From an archaeon (lineage in GTDB: Archaea > EX4484-52 > WAPT01), in the NCBI GenBank assembly GCA_029258795.1, contig JAPDKB010000002.1, forward strand, positions 96,001 through 160,000: a stretch of 64,000 nucleotides of DNA, read 5' to 3'. The notes beneath the pieces are model-generated. The model was given only the letters and a program-made list of their open reading frames with translations. It did no database searches and was not told the DNA's origin. Below are positions 18,299-26,920 of the stretch, piece by piece. The position numbers and the translations under genes were made by a program. Numbering within the stretch: the first letter of the stretch is position 1; each line of letters starts with the position of its first letter.

Positions 18299-19864
18299 TC
18301 ACAGCGCTATAATTTTGAGTTCTTCAAGCAGGTCTTCGTCCAGAAGCACTCTTGGGTCTTCATCTTTCTGTGCCATCCTCACTATTTCCTCTTCATTTCT
18401 GTAGTATTCTGCCGTTATCTTGCCTATGGTGTTCACGGTTTTAATTCCATGTTTTTTCAACCACTCCAGAATCATCACTTTCTTTCGTATGTCTTCATCA
18501 ATTTCTCGCTCAGTTAAGCCGGTGTAAAGATTTATCTCTCTGTAAATGCGCCAGCATTTGTTGAGCCGCTTAAAGGTATCATTTCCAGCATTCCATCTAT
18601 AAATCACATTAAGACCAAGTTCCTTATCACCCGGCATTATCTCAACCATTTCCAGAGTTTTTCTAACTCCCAACCTCCTGTGACGGAACTGCACAACTAT
18701 CATGTGCAGAGCACTGAGTATGGAGGGTGGCAGTTCCATGGGGGGATTTGTGAGTCTTTTCACAACCTCCTCAGCCCTGTCTCCATGGAAGGTGGCGTAA
18801 GCGCTGTGACCCGTCCTTATGGCTTCAAACATGACTTCTGCTTCCTCCTTCCTCCTTATTTCTCCTATGACTATTCTATCCGGTCTCATTCTGAGAGCGT
18901 TTACAAGAAGGTCGAGCATGGTCACAGCACCTTTACCTTCAGGGTTTGCTTCTCTGCTGGAGAACGGAACCCAGTGCAGGAATCTGGGGAGATTTATCTC
19001 TCTCGTGTCCTCTATGGAGATTATTCTCTGATTTGGTGGAATGAATGGCAAGAGTGTTGAGAGCATAGACGTTTTACCTGAAGCTGTTCCACCAGCGACT
19101 ATGATGTTCATCTCGTACTGCATGGCAAGCCAGAGCATAGCAGCCATTTCAGCAGAAAGCGTGTTGTTTTCCACAAGATGTATGATGGTCCAGGGCGATC
19201 GGGAGAATTTTCGGATGGTCAGGGTGTTGCCATGAGTGGAGATGGGAAAAAGAGTGGCATTAACCCTGTCTCCTGTGGGTAGATAAGCGTCCATGAGCGG
19301 ATGGAGGTTGGTTATTTGCCTCCCAACTCTCCTGCCTATGGCTGAAGCGTAATTGTAGATTTTCTCCTCACTGTCCACATACAGGTTGGTTTTCAACCAC
19401 CCGTACTTTTTGTGGTACACCCATACCGGCTCTTTGGAGGAGTTAACAACTATTTCTTCCAGATGAGGGTCAGCTATGAAGAACTCTATATCCTCCAAAC
19501 CCAACATCTCATGAATCAAGCTGCCCGCAAGAATATTCTTTTCTCTTTCCGAAAGGGTGGGGAGGTAGCTTTCTATCATTTCAAGGGCTTTAGCTCTAAA
19601 CCTCTTTTTCAGGTTTGTAACCGCGCCGGGGTCCACGAATTCTTTGGTGGATATCTCCACCATCTTTATGAGCTCTTCCCTTATAGCATTCAATATGGCT
19701 TTGGTCGCAACATCTATTTTGGGGCTTTTGAGAATGTACATTGGCACGTATTCGGATATGGACTCAACTATCTCCACTTCCGCTTCCACTCCATCCGCTT
19801 CCACTTTATAACTCTCAATGACTCTGATATCCTCCTTTGGCTTGCTTTTGGAAGTGCGAACCAT
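18299..19864 (-). CDS. Pilus assembly ATPase (CpaF/TadA/VirB11 family)
   Basis: GGTASGKT, SIEDTRE, LRMRPDRIVIGEIR, TGH...TFH. Confidence 0.95.
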   Translation of the reverse strand: MVRTSKSKPKEDIRVIESYKVEADGVEAEVEIVESISEYVPMYILKSPKIDVATKAILNAIREELIKMVEISTKEFVDPGAVTNLKKRFRAKALEMIESYLPTLSEREKNILAGSLIHEMLGLEDIEFFIADPHLEEIVVNSSKEPVWVYHKKYGWLKTNLYVDSEEKIYNYASAIGRRVGRQITNLHPLMDAYLPTGDRVNATLFPISTHGNTLTIRKFSRSPWTIIHLVENNTLSAEMAAMLWLAMQYEMNIIVAGGTASGKTSMLSTLLPFIPPNQRIISIEDTREINLPRFLHWVPFSSREANPEGKGAVTMLDLLVNALRMRPDRIVIGEIRRKEEAEVMFEAIRTGHSAYATFHGDRAEEVVKRLTNPPMELPPSILSALHMIVVQFRHRRLGVRKTLEMVEIMPGDKELGLNVIYRWNAGNDTFKRLNKCWRIYREINLYTGLTEREIDEDIRKKVMILEWLKKHGIKTVNTIGKITAEYYRNEEEIVRMAQKDEDPRVLLDEDLLEELKIIAL

Positions 19865-19926
19865 GATTCAGAATATGTTTGCGCTCCTATATTAATGTTT
19901 CTCAATCCTGTTTCAAGAATCCGGAT

Positions 19927-20514
19927 TTACACCTTCCTTTTATCTCCAATTACGGATGAGCATTTGAGATACCACACATACCAATAAGCTATCACCACTG
20001 CCGTGAGCCCCCACCTCCATAGATGGATGTGGACAACATCCATGAGGTCTGTGCCGTATTTTATGCCCACCATTATGGTTGTGACGAGGCGCATGATATT
20101 CATTACAAATATGATCAGCGCTCCACCGAGTATTCCAGCCAACCTGTGCTCCCATCTCACTCTGGGAGATGCGATTATTAATCCGAAAATGGCCAGAAAG
20201 GATTTCCAGCCCACACAGTCCCGTATTATCTCAACAGAAACGCCGGAAGCATGCACAATTACTCCATTCGCTATGGCTGCATAACCAACCAGATTGAGCA
20301 CATGAGCCACACATCCAGCAACGATTTCCTGAAGCCAGGTCATATCGACGTTCATCCACAGAAGAAAATGGAGCAAGCCAGCGGTCATTGTGAACTTAAT
20401 CAAAAATATGAGCACCTCATACAGCTTTTTGTCTCGCTCACTCAGATTTTCCACAAACTTTCGTTCTTTCTTTTTGAGCTTCCGAAACGTTTTCAAGAGA
20501 ATATTTGAGCGCAT
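19927..20514 (-). CDS. Archaeosortase/exosortase-family membrane peptidase
   Basis: EIIRDCVGWK (Cys), NIMRL (Arg), VVHIHLW (His) on TM helices. Confidence 0.85.
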   Translation of the reverse strand: MRSNILLKTFRKLKKKERKFVENLSERDKKLYEVLIFLIKFTMTAGLLHFLLWMNVDMTWLQEIVAGCVAHVLNLVGYAAIANGVIVHASGVSVEIIRDCVGWKSFLAIFGLIIASPRVRWEHRLAGILGGALIIFVMNIMRLVTTIMVGIKYGTDLMDVVHIHLWRWGLTAVVIAYWYVWYLKCSSVIGDKRKV

Positions 20515-20590
20515 ACAAATATTTTACTTCGAAGAAAACATTAATAATGGTGATCACAAGGAAAGCAGCCTTCTGGGTGCTCAGTTAAAT

Positions 20591-20725
20591 TCAGCTGGCT
20601 ATCATCATTCTTTCTCCACAGCATTCTGGAGGAGAATTGAATGCATGACACTCTCTATGCTCCTCACGCTCCACCGTCTTCCCGCATCTGGTACACACAT
20701 ATTTTCTCTTTTTTACAGCACTCAT
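20591..20725 (-). CDS. Small metal-binding protein (desulforedoxin-like CxxC...CCG), 44 aa
   Basis: MSAVKKRKYVCTRCG...PPECCGERMMIAS; TATA about 25 nt upstream suggests a near-leaderless transcript. Confidence 0.7.
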   Translation of the reverse strand: MSAVKKRKYVCTRCGKTVEREEHRECHAFNSPPECCGERMMIAS

Positions 20726-20813
20726 ACTGCATAGTAATGCTCTTGCCCGTATATAAAGCTTGGTCTTGATACATCGAGATACCGGAAAATAAAAAATAAG
20801 AGGACTGGAGTGA

Positions 20814-21641
20814 TCACAGCTCCGGCTCTTCCGCGTGATTCCACAGAATTTCGAAGACGCTGTGCGCAAAGTTGCGAGCGAAATGCTCCGAGCCAGTCCA
20901 CAAAGACACTTCCTGTGAGGGGTGTGTATCCTCTCCACTCAAAGTCATGATTGCTCCTTTTCCGTCAGCGATGAACATCTTACCGTAAGGTATCTTTGGC
21001 ATCTTACCCTGCAAGGTGTTCAAATCTTTTATCTCTGCAACACCTTTAAGCATCTCTGCCGCCTTTACATTGTTCGGAGTTATGGGTGCAAGAATTCTTA
21101 TTCTAACTCCCTTGTCAGCAGCTTTTTGCAGAACTCCGGAATGAACATTCACGAGCTCCTTCAACCCCTCTTCTGTGGTTATGATATCCAGAGTTTTTTC
21201 AGCACTTTTAGCCATGTTTTCGAATCTCTGGTAGAGAGCATATCTGCCCTTAAGTGAGCCAGTGAGGTCGGCAGGTTCAACCAAGCTAACACCCTTGGAA
21301 TAGAGGTTCTTAAGCTCTACAAAAGCATCACTCGTCTTGAACTCCTCAATCCTGCTCACCATCTCCTTCAATTCCTCATGCAGCCTTGCCTTAACTCTTT
21401 CAAGAGCTTCCTCCGGCTCGACAGCAACATATTTTATGGGCTTGGAGTGCTGAATAATGACAAAACCCTTTTCAGCAAGGGACTCAAGCACATCATACGT
21501 TCTGGAGCGAGGAACGTTAGAAAGCTCGGCGAGCTCTCCAGCAGTTGCAGCACCTCTCGCAAGAAGAGCGGCATAAAGCTTCCTTTCATAAAGATTCAAA
21601 CCAAGCATTTTCAAAGCATCCATGGCTTTTCTGCTTATCAT
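20814..21641 (-). CDS. TrmB-family transcriptional regulator
   Basis: LGLNLYERKLY...SNVPRSRTYDVLESLAEKGF wHTH plus PLD-like effector domain (GVRIRIL, FIADG). Confidence 0.92.
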   Translation of the reverse strand: MISRKAMDALKMLGLNLYERKLYAALLARGAATAGELAELSNVPRSRTYDVLESLAEKGFVIIQHSKPIKYVAVEPEEALERVKARLHEELKEMVSRIEEFKTSDAFVELKNLYSKGVSLVEPADLTGSLKGRYALYQRFENMAKSAEKTLDIITTEEGLKELVNVHSGVLQKAADKGVRIRILAPITPNNVKAAEMLKGVAEIKDLNTLQGKMPKIPYGKMFIADGKGAIMTLSGEDTHPSQEVSLWTGSEHFARNFAHSVFEILWNHAEEPEL

Positions 21642-21842
21642 GCTCTCACCACACCACGCCTCTTTTTATCGTTTTTCATTATTTTTTCCGAAACGAATCT
21701 ATATAAAGATTACCTTTAAAGAGTTGTCCTACAAAGTTCAAACTTGTTGCTCTATATTTTATTGAGACATCTTTTTAAACCTTTCTATTTTCACCACTCA
21801 TAGGTGACTACTCAAGCAACAAGTGAGAGCTTGAAGCTTTCC

Positions 21843-23825
21843 TTACCCGGATCTGTGACGCTGTATCGTGTACAAGTGTTCTATCCTGCCTAATGTATCT
21901 ATCTCCTCAACACTTTTATCGGCGCGTAATCTAACGAATCTGGGGAATCTCAGGGCATAGCCAGAGGTGTAGTGAGGAGATTTTTGGATTTCCTCGTAGC
22001 TGACCTCAACTACCACCTGAGGCATAACCTCCACTTCTTTCCCCTTCTCCTTGATTATTAGCGGTTTGAGCAGATTCGTCATTTCCTCGTATGTTGTGCC
22101 CTCCTCACTCTTTTCTTTCAGACCCGTTGACATCTTGCCCACAGTTAACAGCTCTCCTGTGTCCTCATCTCTACACGCGAGAATGTAAGAGGTGAGCCAT
22201 CCGGAACGCTTACCTTCACCCCATTCCGCACCCACTATAACCAGATCAAGGGTTTCCAGCGTGGTCTTCAGCTTCACCATGTATCCAACTCTTGAGCCGG
22301 GTTTGTAGACCGCATCAAGATTTTTGAACATCACGCCCTCATTTCCGAGATCAAGAGCTTCCTCAAAGAAGCGCTGAGCTTCTTCATCCTTGTCCGTTAT
22401 CAGTTGCTTTGCAAGCACCATAACGTATGGCTCTTCCTTTATTATGCTTTTCAGCAGCTCTCTCCTCTTTCGGAAGGGAAGGTCGATGGTGAGCTCACCC
22501 TCCAGATAAACTATGTCGAAAAGGTTGGTCATCACGGGAATTTCTTTAGCCATCTTCTCTATCTCATACTTTCTCTTTATTCTTCTCGAAATCTTCTGGA
22601 AAGGCAACCACTTCTTCGTTTCCTTATCGTAGCCAATGGTTTCACCCTCTATCACACACCGTTTTGCAGTAACGTGTTTTCTGACCGCTTCAACAACATC
22701 CGGAAACTGCTTTGTGACATCTTCCAGCCTCCTGGTGAATATCTTCACTTTATCTCCATCCTTGTGTATCTGCACCCTGAATCCATCGTACTTGTATTCA
22801 AGTGCTGCTGGTCTCCCCACCATATCAAACGCTTCTCTGACGGAGTAAGCGCGTTGAGCGAGCATGACCCTTATGGGCCTGAACAGGATCAGCTTGACTC
22901 TCTTTAAGCCATCTTCACCCTCGTTTTTTGCAACCTTTGCCACAAGTGCGAGGTCATTGGTGAGGGCATAAGCCCTCTCAAGCAAATCAATTATTTTCTG
23001 CTTCATCTCGCTTCCCTTCTCAGCCGAAGAAAGGATGAGGATATCCACATTGCTTTTTTTCTTCCACAGTACATCGAGTTTCTCAATTTCCTCCTTACCT
23101 ACAATCTTAACATCATTGTTCTTCAGGAACTCCTGAAACTTGAGGGAACTCATTCTTTCGAGGGAGATGTAAGCACTTTTTTCCACCCACACCATCTTGC
23201 CCTTTTCTTCGAAAAGCGCATCATACCTCTTCTTTCCATCTCCGTATGGTTGAGTAAGTAGGGCTTCCCATATCACATCTGTGAAATAAGCTTTAGCTAT
23301 TCCATCCCTGATTATCCCTTCCGCCACACCAACTCTCAGATCTCCCAGCACAGTCCTAACTATGTACTTCGCTTCAGCGGGAGAAGCGTGTATTAGAAGC
23401 TCGGATATGAGCATGATCTTCCTTTCCTGCGAGCCCCCCCCCTCCAGCTGCGCCGCTTTTTTCAAATTCTCAAACACCTTATCCACGCTCAGCTCCTGCC
23501 TGAATAATGTCACCTGCTTTCTGCGAGAAGCCAATTCCTCCACTATCAAACCCAGATCTCCCTTTTCCTTCCATTTTGCCTCAATTTCACTCTCACTCAC
23601 GCCGTAAGCCCTTGACACCGCCCTTATAGTCAGCTTGGTGGCAACGCCTATCTCTTCTTCACTCCATGGAGGAAACACCGTGCCCATTATCAGCAGTATG
23701 GATTTTTCAAGAAGGTCATCCTCCTCTATTTTTTCCAAAAATCTTGCAAGAATTTCGGTTTTTTTTATCTTGGAAGTTGTAGATGCCAACGCATCGTACA
23801 GCTTCACGAACTCAGCGTACTTCAT
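21843..23825 (-). CDS. lig: ATP-dependent DNA ligase with ~90-aa insertion
   Basis: EYKYDGFR, EGE, FDIVY, EGVMFK, ALRFPRF. Confidence 0.96.
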   Translation of the reverse strand: MKYAEFVKLYDALASTTSKIKKTEILARFLEKIEEDDLLEKSILLIMGTVFPPWSEEEIGVATKLTIRAVSRAYGVSESEIEAKWKEKGDLGLIVEELASRRKQVTLFRQELSVDKVFENLKKAAQLEGGGSQERKIMLISELLIHASPAEAKYIVRTVLGDLRVGVAEGIIRDGIAKAYFTDVIWEALLTQPYGDGKKRYDALFEEKGKMVWVEKSAYISLERMSSLKFQEFLKNNDVKIVGKEEIEKLDVLWKKKSNVDILILSSAEKGSEMKQKIIDLLERAYALTNDLALVAKVAKNEGEDGLKRVKLILFRPIRVMLAQRAYSVREAFDMVGRPAALEYKYDGFRVQIHKDGDKVKIFTRRLEDVTKQFPDVVEAVRKHVTAKRCVIEGETIGYDKETKKWLPFQKISRRIKRKYEIEKMAKEIPVMTNLFDIVYLEGELTIDLPFRKRRELLKSIIKEEPYVMVLAKQLITDKDEEAQRFFEEALDLGNEGVMFKNLDAVYKPGSRVGYMVKLKTTLETLDLVIVGAEWGEGKRSGWLTSYILACRDEDTGELLTVGKMSTGLKEKSEEGTTYEEMTNLLKPLIIKEKGKEVEVMPQVVVEVSYEEIQKSPHYTSGYALRFPRFVRLRADKSVEEIDTLGRIEHLYTIQRHRSG

Positions 23826-23893
23826 GAAAGGAATTTGTGCGGTGGAATTTTAAATAAGTTAAAACAAGAGAATCGGAAAAGCGCTTGTGGGTT

Positions 23894-24730
23894 TTATCTT
23901 TTGCTGCGTTTTTCCCTATCACCGAGAATGGTGCTCACAACTTCAAATGGCAGGAGGAATATAACTTTCTGGTTTGGATCGCTTGCAGTATCCGCAAGGG
24001 TGTGCAGCGTTCTCAAATGCAGAGCTTCAGGAACGCTTGCTATCTTCTTTCCAGCTTTCACAAGATTCTCGGCAGCTTTAACCTCACCCTCTGACTTTAT
24101 GATCACCGCTCTCTTCTCCCTTTCCGCCTCTGCCTGCCTTGCCATGGCCCTTCTCATTTCCTCCGGTAATTCTATGTCCTGAAGCCTCACACCAGTGACA
24201 TCTATACCCCAATCATCCGTGATCTCATCCACAACCTTTCTTATCTCTTCAGCAATCTCATCCCTCTTCTGCAGAACGTCATCCAGCTCTTTACCGCCTA
24301 TCACATCCCTCAGCACGGTCTGGGAGTACATCATGGTAGCGTATTTATAATCTTCCACATTCAGCACGGCTTTGTCTGGATACTGCACCCTGAAGAACAC
24401 GGTTGCGTTTATTTTTACAGGCACGTTGTCCTTGGTTATCACTTCCTGCTTGGGCAGGTCAATTGTCTGTATTCTCATATCGATTTTGCGAAGGTTCTGG
24501 ATGATCGGCGCGACCCACACCAGCCCGGCATCAAGCAAACCCTTATACTTACCAAGGGTGAATATCACACCCTTCTCGTACTGATAGATTATTTTGATAC
24601 CTGCTAGGGCATACAGGACTATGAGAATCCCAACAATAATCGCTTTCCCACCTATAGCAAATATAAGCGCTATGCCAACAAGAAGCAAAATTAAGAACGC
24701 GCTCATTTGAAGTGTGTTTTTGTACGCCAT
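23894..24730 (-). CDS. SPFH/stomatin (slipin) family protein
   Basis: N-terminal TM, PKQEVITKDNV, QTVLRDVIG, AMARQAEAEREKRA; start 24730 or 24706. Confidence 0.92.
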   Translation of the reverse strand: MAYKNTLQMSAFLILLLVGIALIFAIGGKAIIVGILIVLYALAGIKIIYQYEKGVIFTLGKYKGLLDAGLVWVAPIIQNLRKIDMRIQTIDLPKQEVITKDNVPVKINATVFFRVQYPDKAVLNVEDYKYATMMYSQTVLRDVIGGKELDDVLQKRDEIAEEIRKVVDEITDDWGIDVTGVRLQDIELPEEMRRAMARQAEAEREKRAVIIKSEGEVKAAENLVKAGKKIASVPEALHLRTLHTLADTASDPNQKVIFLLPFEVVSTILGDREKRSKR

Positions 24731-24872
24731 AAGCTCTTTAGGGGAGCTTAATTTTATATGTTTTTTCAGGATGGGAAAAACGGTCATCATGACGGAAAAC
24801 TTGATTATGGAGGCGTTTCTAATTGAAATTTTTTAATAAATGACAATATATAGTGTAAACGTGGGTGAAAAA

Positions 24873-25205
24873 ATGGATGATGAAATTAGATTTAAAGATT
24901 CGAGACGCGAAACGAAAGAATCAAGGTATAAATTCGCAAAATACGCTTTTCCAATAAGTGCTCTTCCTATAGGTGTGGCAGCGGAAGTTGTATGGCTCAA
25001 GGTACTTGGTGAAATGAACTATGAACCAGAAATTCTGGGGTACGTTCAAGAAATAATACCATTATTTGATCCGCTTACAGGAATTGGAATGATGATAATA
25101 GGAATTGGAACAGGACTGGGTGCAGAAAGGGCTTACAAATATTTTGACAGAAAGGAGAAAGAAGCGAAATACCACGAAAACCTAATGGACCGCTACGATT
25201 ACTGA
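24873..25205 (+). CDS. Hypothetical two-TM membrane protein
   Basis: SD GGGTGA before ATG 24873; two hydrophobic segments. Confidence 0.6.
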   Translation: MDDEIRFKDSRRETKESRYKFAKYAFPISALPIGVAAEVVWLKVLGEMNYEPEILGYVQEIIPLFDPLTGIGMMIIGIGTGLGAERAYKYFDRKEKEAKYHENLMDRYDY

Positions 25206-25300
25206 GGTCAAGTCTCGAGTATGGATGAGCCCACAATCTTACTCATCTACACTTCAATTCTTAAAGTCAATAACAAGAACAAGTCCAAAAAACAATTGGT

Positions 25301-25355
25301 TGCGGGCGCGTCCTTGGATGCGACCGGGGAGAAGAAAAAAGCGGACGCGCCCACA
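25301..25355 (-). repeat. GC-rich inverted repeat immediately 3' of ftsZ
   Basis: GGGCGCGTCC (25304-25313) / GGACGCGCCC (25343-25352), extendable to 13 bp with one G-U pair on the minus strand. Confidence 0.75.
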
Positions 25356-25363
25356 CGATCTGT

Positions 25364-26473
25364 TCAGTGTCTGATTATCTCTATACCCAGTGCCTCGCCC
25401 AAGCTCTTTTTCTCAAGCTCTTCAGCGGTTTCTGAAGGCCCGAGCACATACGGGCTCTTTACACCGGTTATGATGGTTATCACTCTTATCTTTCCATCCA
25501 TACCAGGGTCAATTCTTGCACCCCAGATGGTCTGAGCGTTTGCATCCAGATGTTTCTGCACATACGTTCCTATTTCGTTTATCTCGCTGAGCTTGAGGTC
25601 TTTTCCACCAGATATGTGTATCAGAGCTCCATTTGCTCCAGTGTAATCCACATCAAGTAACGGATTTTCAAGCGCTCTCTCGACAGCTTCCCTTGCTCTT
25701 GACGCGGATGAACTCTCTCCGATACCTATCATTGCCACGCCTCCAACGCTCATCACGGCTTTCACATCAGCGAAATCCAGATTGACGAGGGATGGCTGAG
25801 ATATGGTTTCCGTTATACCTTTTATCATTGTCACGATAATTTCATCCGCAACAGCAAACGCCTGATCAAGCGACATCTCTCCTGCTATATCCAGCAGGCG
25901 GTCGTTTTCTATCACAATTACGGTGTCTGTAACTTTTCTCAGGTTAACAAGCCCTTCTTCCGCCTTGTGGATTCTCGCACCCTCTATCCTGAAGGGCATT
26001 GTAACAACACCAATCACTATAGCTCCTTGACTTTTTGCAATCTCAGCCACAACCGGAGCTGCTCCTGTTCCGGTACCGCCACCCATACCTGCTACCACGA
26101 AAACCATGTCCACTCCACGTAGAACATCTTTAATTTCGTTAATGGACTCTTCAGCCGCTTTTTTACCAACATCAGGATATCCCCCCGCTCCAAGCCCCCT
26201 CGTAACCTCTTGTCCGAGGAGTATCTTCCTATCCGCTTTAATCATTTTGAGGTGTTTCGCGTCGGTGTTCATGGCTATCGTTTCTGCTCCTATAATTCCG
26301 ATTGTACTTAGCCGATTAATGGCATTACATCCCATGCCTCCTATCCCCACCACTGCAATTCTGGCCTCCTGTGGTGTCTCAAATTCAGGATTTTCGTCCT
26401 GATAATAGATAGGTACCGCATCTTTATTCATTTGCCTTTCGATTGCCTTCTGAATAATTGACTCCATCTTCAA
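25364..26473 (-). CDS. ftsZ: Cell division protein FtsZ
   Basis: GIGGMGCNA, NTDAKHL, GMGGGTGTG tubulin signature, NLDFAD. Confidence 0.97.
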   Translation of the reverse strand: MKMESIIQKAIERQMNKDAVPIYYQDENPEFETPQEARIAVVGIGGMGCNAINRLSTIGIIGAETIAMNTDAKHLKMIKADRKILLGQEVTRGLGAGGYPDVGKKAAEESINEIKDVLRGVDMVFVVAGMGGGTGTGAAPVVAEIAKSQGAIVIGVVTMPFRIEGARIHKAEEGLVNLRKVTDTVIVIENDRLLDIAGEMSLDQAFAVADEIIVTMIKGITETISQPSLVNLDFADVKAVMSVGGVAMIGIGESSSASRAREAVERALENPLLDVDYTGANGALIHISGGKDLKLSEINEIGTYVQKHLDANAQTIWGARIDPGMDGKIRVITIITGVKSPYVLGPSETAEELEKKSLGEALGIEIIRH

Positions 26474-26561
26474 TCCCCCTCCACCAGTTTTTTTGTGAAC
26501 ATGAACCTATAGCTCACACTACCGAAATGTTTAAATTCTCCAGTTTGCACACTATTCCTTA

Positions 26562-26712
26562 CCCGCAAGAAACCGAGCCGTCTGCCCGCTAGGAAGAGCT
26601 GCAGACTGCCAAATAATTCAAACCCACTTCAAAGCCCGCAAGTTTTAAGCCCGCAAGGAAATTTTGCCCGCGTGTAGTGAAAAGTTTTTAAATCTCCTTC
26701 TCAGCCCGCTTA
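26562..26712. repeat. Six dispersed direct repeats of (G)CCCGC(AAG) upstream of ftsZ
   Basis: Copies at about 26562, 26584, 26634, 26649, 26666 and 26704, all in one orientation. Confidence 0.8.
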
Positions 26713-26734
26713 ATTTAAAACCATGATTTATTTA

Positions 26735-26750
26735 CTATATAAATCTTTTC
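26735..26750 (-). promoter_or_regulatory. BRE-TATA promoter, probably of ftsZ
   Basis: GAAAAGATTTATATAG, identical to the pilin promoter at 16335-16350. Confidence 0.65.
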
Positions 26751-26794
26751 GTAAGGGTAACTATAGTTTTAAAAATATATTTTGGTATAGTGTG

Positions 26795-26867
26795 ACCTTT
26801 ATTTCTTGTGGAACTAACCTTAGTTTCATGTGGAAAATACAACCTTTATTAAAATACAACCTTTATT
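26795..26867 (-). promoter_or_regulatory. Candidate replication origin: two tandem ORB-like boxes plus a 17-bp tandem duplication
   Basis: Minus strand TTTCCACATGAAACTAAGGT (26817-26836) and GTTCCACAAGAAATAAAGGT (26795-26814); AAAATACAACCTTTATT x2 (26834-26867); AT-rich flank; cdc6 2.5 kb away. Confidence 0.6.
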
Positions 26868-26920
26868 TAAGAATTTCCACCGAGTGAGAATTTAACCCTC
26901 AATCCTTGTAAGGTGAGCAT

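Noticed and set aside
20726-20938. N-terminal extension of the 115-aa ORF 20591-20938
   Set aside because: Overlaps the trmB 3' end and crosses a TATA box; only the last 44 codons look real
23000-23280. Intein in DNA ligase (rfcS, nrdJ and cdc6 also checked)
   Set aside because: No Cys/Ser start, His-Asn end or LAGLIDADG motifs; the other genes are of normal length
25221-25535. 104-aa + strand ORF
   Set aside because: Overlaps the ftsZ 3' end antisense and runs through the hairpin; no protein-like features
26562-26867. Repeats considered as a CRISPR array
   Set aside because: Repeats are only 6-20 bp with irregular spacing, there is no repeat-spacer periodicity, and no cas genes are present
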